Assembly: GCA_004022145.1 (NCBI GenBank)
Contig: RCNU01000002.1
DNA length: 64,000 nt
Source of the DNA: Paecilomyces variotii
Taxonomy: Eukaryota
Direction: 5' to 3' (one strand)
Shown here one piece after another: positions 58,624 to 64,000 of the stretch. Under the pieces are notes generated by a model. It saw only the letters and a list, made by a program, of their open reading frames with translations. It made no database searches and was not told the origin of the DNA. Position 1 is the stretch's first letter. The number at the start of each line of letters is the position of its first letter. The position numbers and the translations under genes were made by a program.

Positions 58624-60042
58624 TTGTTTAAGAATTTGAGGCTGGCTAGTGAGATCCGCGGCTGAGAAAGAGACTTGGTCAAGAGACAGCCTAGACCCAG
58701 CATCTTAGAGAAACAAATCAAGAAAGAAAATGATACTAGGATATCCCAATCTATCTATCCCTTGGGGCTGAAGTTAGCAGCGTGGGCCTAAACATATATC
58801 GTTAACTATTAAATACATAACCTAATAAGGGATAATGCATATATTTGCATAAAGACTAATTAATTTCCCCCAGTTATCGTAATATATCATTTCCCATGGC
58901 TGATGTTAGTATCCGATAACCGCCAGGAAGGAAAGCGTCTGACCATCAGGAGTTGATATATGCCACACCTCCATTCAGATAAAGCCAACTTTCAACTCTT
59001 CTAAATATATCCTGCAGTACTGGCTACCTACCAACTATCTGGGATGAAGGCGAATCGCCGTAACATAAACTAGACAACTGCATGTGCCGTTCTTTAAAAC
59101 AGCACCCAATGTGCTACCTCGAATAGCCGCCGCAACGGAGGATCGCCCAACGTGAGACAAGCTGCGCCGCTGTACTGCTGGTCTACGGGAGAAGGTGAGG
59201 GGTTAATCATATCAAATTCGCGCGTGCATCAATAGATGATGCTGTGTTGTTGGGTTATCTAAAGTTAGATTTGTGTAACCAACTCCTGTTCTTGAAGTCA
59301 GGGCTGATAACAACTGAGATGCCGCGTCTCTACGCTATTGGTTACAGGCGGTTGAACTGGGATTTTCCCCCCTGGCGTTTGGATACACACATGCGAGTAA
59401 GATGTTTAGAACCAAAATTCAAATCATAATAGAAATGGCAGCGAATATAGCATTCGGACTATTTTGAATGTACAAGCACTGAGCCACCCGTGAAATGCGA
59501 AAAGGACCCCGCCAGTATGCTCACCGATGATCTAACCACCTGCGCAAGTCCACCATTGACAAATACAGTAGGTCGAAATTCACCATAGAAGAATCAGATG
59601 GTACATACCCCTGGATCCCGGAGCAAGATCGCCGGTCGGATGGACCAGGTGAAAGGCAAATTCATGTCAGAAGGAAAGAAAGCGTACAAACATCGAATGC
59701 AATCGTGTAACTGATGTCAATGACAGCCCATTTCCCATCTATAAAACTATTAGACCCATTTCGCAATGCTCATTCCCATGCTCGAAGAAGTACCCGTGAA
59801 ACGCCTTGCCGAATAAACTTGACAACGATCAACGACAGCAAAAAAAAAAGTAAAGCAGATAGAGACCACCTAAGAATGCGCACCGGTAAATGTGAGGTGG
59901 CAACCGCCGTGACAATGCCAGCTGCATTGAGAAAGTAGGAGCCTCTCAAAGATACCAAGTCGGATCCGGTATATAGAACCAAATAAATAAACAAGGTGAA
60001 AATTTTGTCCAAGGGAAGGGAAATTTCTGTGACCCCGACGCT

Positions 60043-61446
60043 TTAAGCGGTGAAGACACGGTCCAGTTGACGAAGGGCTCTCATGTCCTCCCCACCAAAT
60101 CCTATCTTTTCGCTAGGAATATCTTTAGGTCCATCAGGGGCAGTTCTGGGACTCCGGCTGCCAGGAGCTGGCAAACCTCCCTTGAACGCATCAAGAGGTC
60201 CTGAAGGTGGAGGTGCCGTAGAAACAGGCAACGTATGTGCGGGCGCACCGTTCATGAGAGCTCCAATGCTGGGCACGACAGTACCCGAGGTCCCAGGCTC
60301 GAGAGGCTTAACCGCACCATTAGCAGGTGCATAATGTGCCTGGTTTGGCGGAATCTGCCTGAGCACAGGAGGACTAGGAACTCTTCTTGCTTCTCCATTT
60401 GGTGGGACTTGCTGGGCCTGTGACCGTGGAGACATCAAGCGGGGATCGACAGCTGCCGCAACGTAGGTAGGGGAGTTTCTCTGCTGGGCTTCCAGTGTCC
60501 CATTTGAAGCGCGAGGCGAACGTCCTGCAATGGCGGGGAGGGTAGCGTTGGGAGCAGCACTGGACTGAGAGGGCGGAGGCAGGGTGGTTTCTGGATGAGG
60601 TCTGTCGTAAGGGTTGGGTAGGGCTGCTTGCGCCTGAGGCGGCGGCAGTGCTGGATGTTGAGGGTACGCGAGCTGACCAGCAGCCCCCGATAATGGTGGA
60701 AGATAGCTGGCACTGTATGGTATCGATACAGTGGGCGGCGTTCCCAGGGGAGTTGGTGGCCACGCATACGGGGGGGTATACGATTGAGGATGAGTGGCAC
60801 CTGAGCGAGGATATGCGGCCATGGGATGAGGAGATAAGGAAAACGCAGCACCTGCCATAGGCCCACGAGTCACGACTGGTAGGTTCTGCTGATCGTTGAC
60901 CGTCGATTCGGGATAGAGACCCTTCTGCGGGCGGATATGTCGCAAGGCAGGGTCGGTTGATGGCTGGTTAAGGTTGGGGGCTGTCGGGTGCGACCGCGCG
61001 TAGTAGCTGATGAGATGTAGATGCTGCCCGGTTGAAGTTGTGATGCTGAAAGACTGCTTCATGAGACCATCTGGCTTGTATCGATAGCCATCGGGGCCCT
61101 CCTCGCCGTTCTCACCATGATCCTCATCGCTGCCTCGAGTGCTGTCGGGTGTCTTTCCGGCTCTTGCGACGGAGTTGGAAACACTGCCGCCTCCACGTTT
61201 GCCTTCCATTTCCCTGTATGTGAGGAAGCTGCCAGATACCCTGCTCGCGCTCCATGACTTTCCATCCGTCCATCTCCTCATACCAGCTTCCCTCTCATCC
61301 CACACAAAGACGGATCCCGACTTTATCGACTGTCGTTCTTTTTCTGACAGACGTCGCTGTACTCTCGGGAGAAGCCCAATCCGGCAGGCTTCAAAGAGGA
61401 TGATCGCGTCCGCAGGAGTGCGGACATGTCCGTGGTAGGTCTCCAT
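60043..61446 (-). CDS. pac2: Gti1/Pac2-family (WOPR) transcriptional regulator, Pac2 subfamily, 467 aa
   Basis: METYHGHVRTPADAIILFEAC..GLLPRVQRRLSEKER..I.SGSVFVWDEREAGMRRWTDGKSWSASRV, GLMKQSFS...HLISYY, a Pro-rich tail, and C-terminal EDMRALRQLDRVF. Confidence 0.93.
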   Translation of the reverse strand: METYHGHVRTPADAIILFEACRIGLLPRVQRRLSEKERQSIKSGSVFVWDEREAGMRRWTDGKSWSASRVSGSFLTYREMEGKRGGGSVSNSVARAGKTPDSTRGSDEDHGENGEEGPDGYRYKPDGLMKQSFSITTSTGQHLHLISYYARSHPTAPNLNQPSTDPALRHIRPQKGLYPESTVNDQQNLPVVTRGPMAGAAFSLSPHPMAAYPRSGATHPQSYTPPYAWPPTPLGTPPTVSIPYSASYLPPLSGAAGQLAYPQHPALPPPQAQAALPNPYDRPHPETTLPPPSQSSAAPNATLPAIAGRSPRASNGTLEAQQRNSPTYVAAAVDPRLMSPRSQAQQVPPNGEARRVPSPPVLRQIPPNQAHYAPANGAVKPLEPGTSGTVVPSIGALMNGAPAHTLPVSTAPPPSGPLDAFKGGLPAPGSRSPRTAPDGPKDIPSEKIGFGGEDMRALRQLDRVFTA

Positions 61447-64000
61447 CAGAACCGAAAATGCAAAGGGTCGTAAATAGAGTCAAGCGCCCGTCTTAGACGA
61501 GGGAGATAGTTTATATGATTCCGGGGCCGCCGATCAGGGCTCTTCCCGTGATCTCTGGACTAGTAACACTCAGACGGGCTGCATACGCCCAAGCTAAAAA
61601 CCAATGCCAGCCAAGCTTACTGCAACTTGTTTTCCGTCAGCACGCTTTTTTTTTGGTTTCAGGCGGACGTATGTAAGCGAAGGAATAGTATGCAACGTAA
61701 GCAGGATGGCTGCAGTGCCCCCAGAAGAGTGAAAGAGAAAAAAAAAGGCAAGATCGTCAGGGAATGATATAGCCAGGTAGGAGCAGAGTAGTGAATAATG
61801 TATGTATCTATCTGCCCTGGCTCAGAGAAAAGAAGTCAAGAGGAGGGGAGCGTTTAGAGTGTAGGAGAGAAAGAAAAGAGAAAGGAAGGGGGGGAAAGGC
61901 TATGGTGTAGAAAGGGCCACGGTATCAGATCGTGGACCAATATGCCATGTGGGTAAAAAATGGGGGAGAGAGATCGGACTTCTACGTCACTCAGCAGACA
62001 GAATCTCCTCTCTTTGAAAGTCTTGAAACCGCACAGAAAGTGAAAGCCAAAGCAAAAAGAGGCACTGCTTTTAGCTGTGGGGCGGCAAATCATCCAGCTG
62101 GGATTCTTGTTAAACCATCGGCGCCGAACCGCCCCAAATGGGAGATCAAAACGGCGGGCGCGAAACAGGCACAATTTAGAAATAGAGATAGATACGGTGG
62201 GGAACGGACTCAACTCTGGCCTCCACAAGGGTCTGACTAGGAACAGAACAGTAACTGACCAGACAAGCTGCTTCCAGACAGAGATGGTATGGAAGAGGTA
62301 TTCACGCCCGTATCAACAACAATGATCCCAACTGTTGTTTCTCAGTCAGGTAGAGCCAGCCGATCGAAGAAAGCCAATATCAAATCGCCGCGCCAGCTGC
62401 GACCAGGATGGAGGACGGTTGTTTTTTTCTTTTTTTTTTTTTTAAAGAAATCCACCGAAACAAGGTTAAAAATGGCTGAGCAGCGGAGGGGGCGGAGGGG
62501 CACAAGCAGCAATGAACCGCGAGGGTAAGGTTAGCGATGGAGGAGACGATCCTTCTCCCGCGTCTTCGATTTATTAATTTTGGTATTATTATTCTCTCAG
62601 TAGTGGTTGAACGATCCGTGCAAGCATGGAATCTTAATTCGATGATGTCTCCACGTCTGAACCTGGGAAAGGAAGCAGATCCCCTTTTTGGGGCAGGGAT
62701 AATTATGTGCGATGCAACAGTCGATCAGGAAGAGCAGAAGCTAACTAAGTTATGCTTCTTAAGGTTGTTAAGGGAATGAGCCTAAACGGAACAAAAGAAT
62801 CTGGAGGTGTCAAAGGTGAGGGAGTGAGAGAAAGAAGAAACAGATGCTGATGATCACAGACGCCAGAAGGAATGCGGCGTCCCAGTGGCTGTTTGCTTCT
62901 TGGCCGCCTTTTTCCTTCTGCTCCCAACTAACTCTCTTTTCCCGTGGATTCTCATCGTTCATGATTCAATCAATAATCTATCCTCATCATCCATCCTCCA
63001 TCTCCATCTCCATCTCCATCTCTCTTTTCCTCCACAAAACAACAGCCTGAAGTGTTATCATCTCGTCTATCATCTGGCCCTTTCCTTCTTCTCGCATCTA
63101 CGATACAAGTCTCCAACTGAAATCCCTCCAGACGGCTCTCGACCGTTCCTCTGGCCCTGCAGTGCCCGTTCGCGGCATCTTCAAGCGAACACAGCACCCC
63201 ATAGGAAGGGATGGTGGCGCTCTGATCCCTTGGGGTCTTGGCTAGCGCTGGACTTCTGAAGCTTAAGCTTAATCCAACACGAGGAGACGGGGCGCTGAAC
63301 CGTACAGTACGCTACAGGACCCCCCCACGGTTACGAATAATTAGAGTCAGTAGGGGTCAAGCGCTAAATTCAGCCAAGGTCCAAGGATCGTGAACAGCGC
63401 CGTCGGAAACCCCGTCGGCCGTGGATGGCTGCTGCTGATGGCGCCCTTGGTGACAAGCAAATCGAGAGGCTGGGACGAGCCGCCAACATGCGATTTCTCA
63501 TGCCAAAGCCACGGTGGTCTGTCAAACTATCTAGCACTTGGCGCCAACGGGGGCCAAGCATCTCATGGTTGCTGATCGCGTCGCTGAAGGGTAGAGAGTC
63601 TCCCAATGATAATAATGGCGATCTCCAGAGACGGGAGATCAGAATCAAACGTGCTCAGGGATCTTGGCTGCTGGTCCCATGCAAGAAGATGACGGGCGTT
63701 TCCACACAGCCATCCGGTTATTTGTCGGTTCACGTGTGAGACAGCAGTTTCCTGAATAGGCTTTGGCACCAATATGGAGCTTATCTGGCGCTGCCGCCTC
63801 CTGGAGACGATACTATAGTTCCGCTAATTTATGCCTCGTGTACGTGCATAAGCGACCAGCACTTATAGTTGCGCCCCGACCATCCCGATTCTAATACACT
63901 AGGCGCCATGGTGCCATTATTATTCTAGCTCTGACAGCAAACAAACATTCTCGCTACGGCCAGAGTTGCCCCTTTCACATCTTGGAGGTAGTTTATCTGT

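Noticed and set aside
1..64000. rRNA, tRNA, telomeric repeats, CRISPR arrays, secondary-metabolite backbone genes
   Set aside because: No diagnostic sequences were seen on either strand by manual reading; small ncRNAs could be missed without Infernal or tRNAscan.

Overview
Eukaryotic fungal DNA (roughly 50% GC, short GT-AG introns with CTRAY-type branch points), most consistent with a filamentous ascomycete of the Eurotiales (Aspergillus/Penicillium-like). About 16 intact protein-coding genes are supportable. They are RQC1/TCF25 (truncated at the left edge), a PTC5-type PP2C phosphatase, an orphan spliced gene, a minimal fungal kinase-like gene, CFT2/CPSF100, a hypothetical gene, a CDH-cytochrome + cytochrome b561 fusion, an ACT-family amino-acid/GABA permease, a Sec24C/D (Sfb3)-type COPII gene, a Bys1/thaumatin-like secreted protein, a full-size ABCG transporter, an AT-hook + Zn2Cys6 transcription factor, an isochorismatase-family hydrolase, a TPR-SET protein, a secreted Ser/Thr-rich protein and a Pac2-type WOPR regulator. 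The roughly 42-57.5 kb segment looks accessory. It holds two different TA-flanked MITEs (one with 197-bp TIRs whose mismatches carry a RIP signature), an HNH-nuclease gene broken by one in-frame stop and head-to-head with the TPR-SET gene, and degenerate gene relics. No rRNA, tRNA or CRISPR array was found. Gene identities come from motif recognition by eye, not from database searches. I cannot confirm a new biological system; the best candidate is the HNH / TPR-SET divergent pair.
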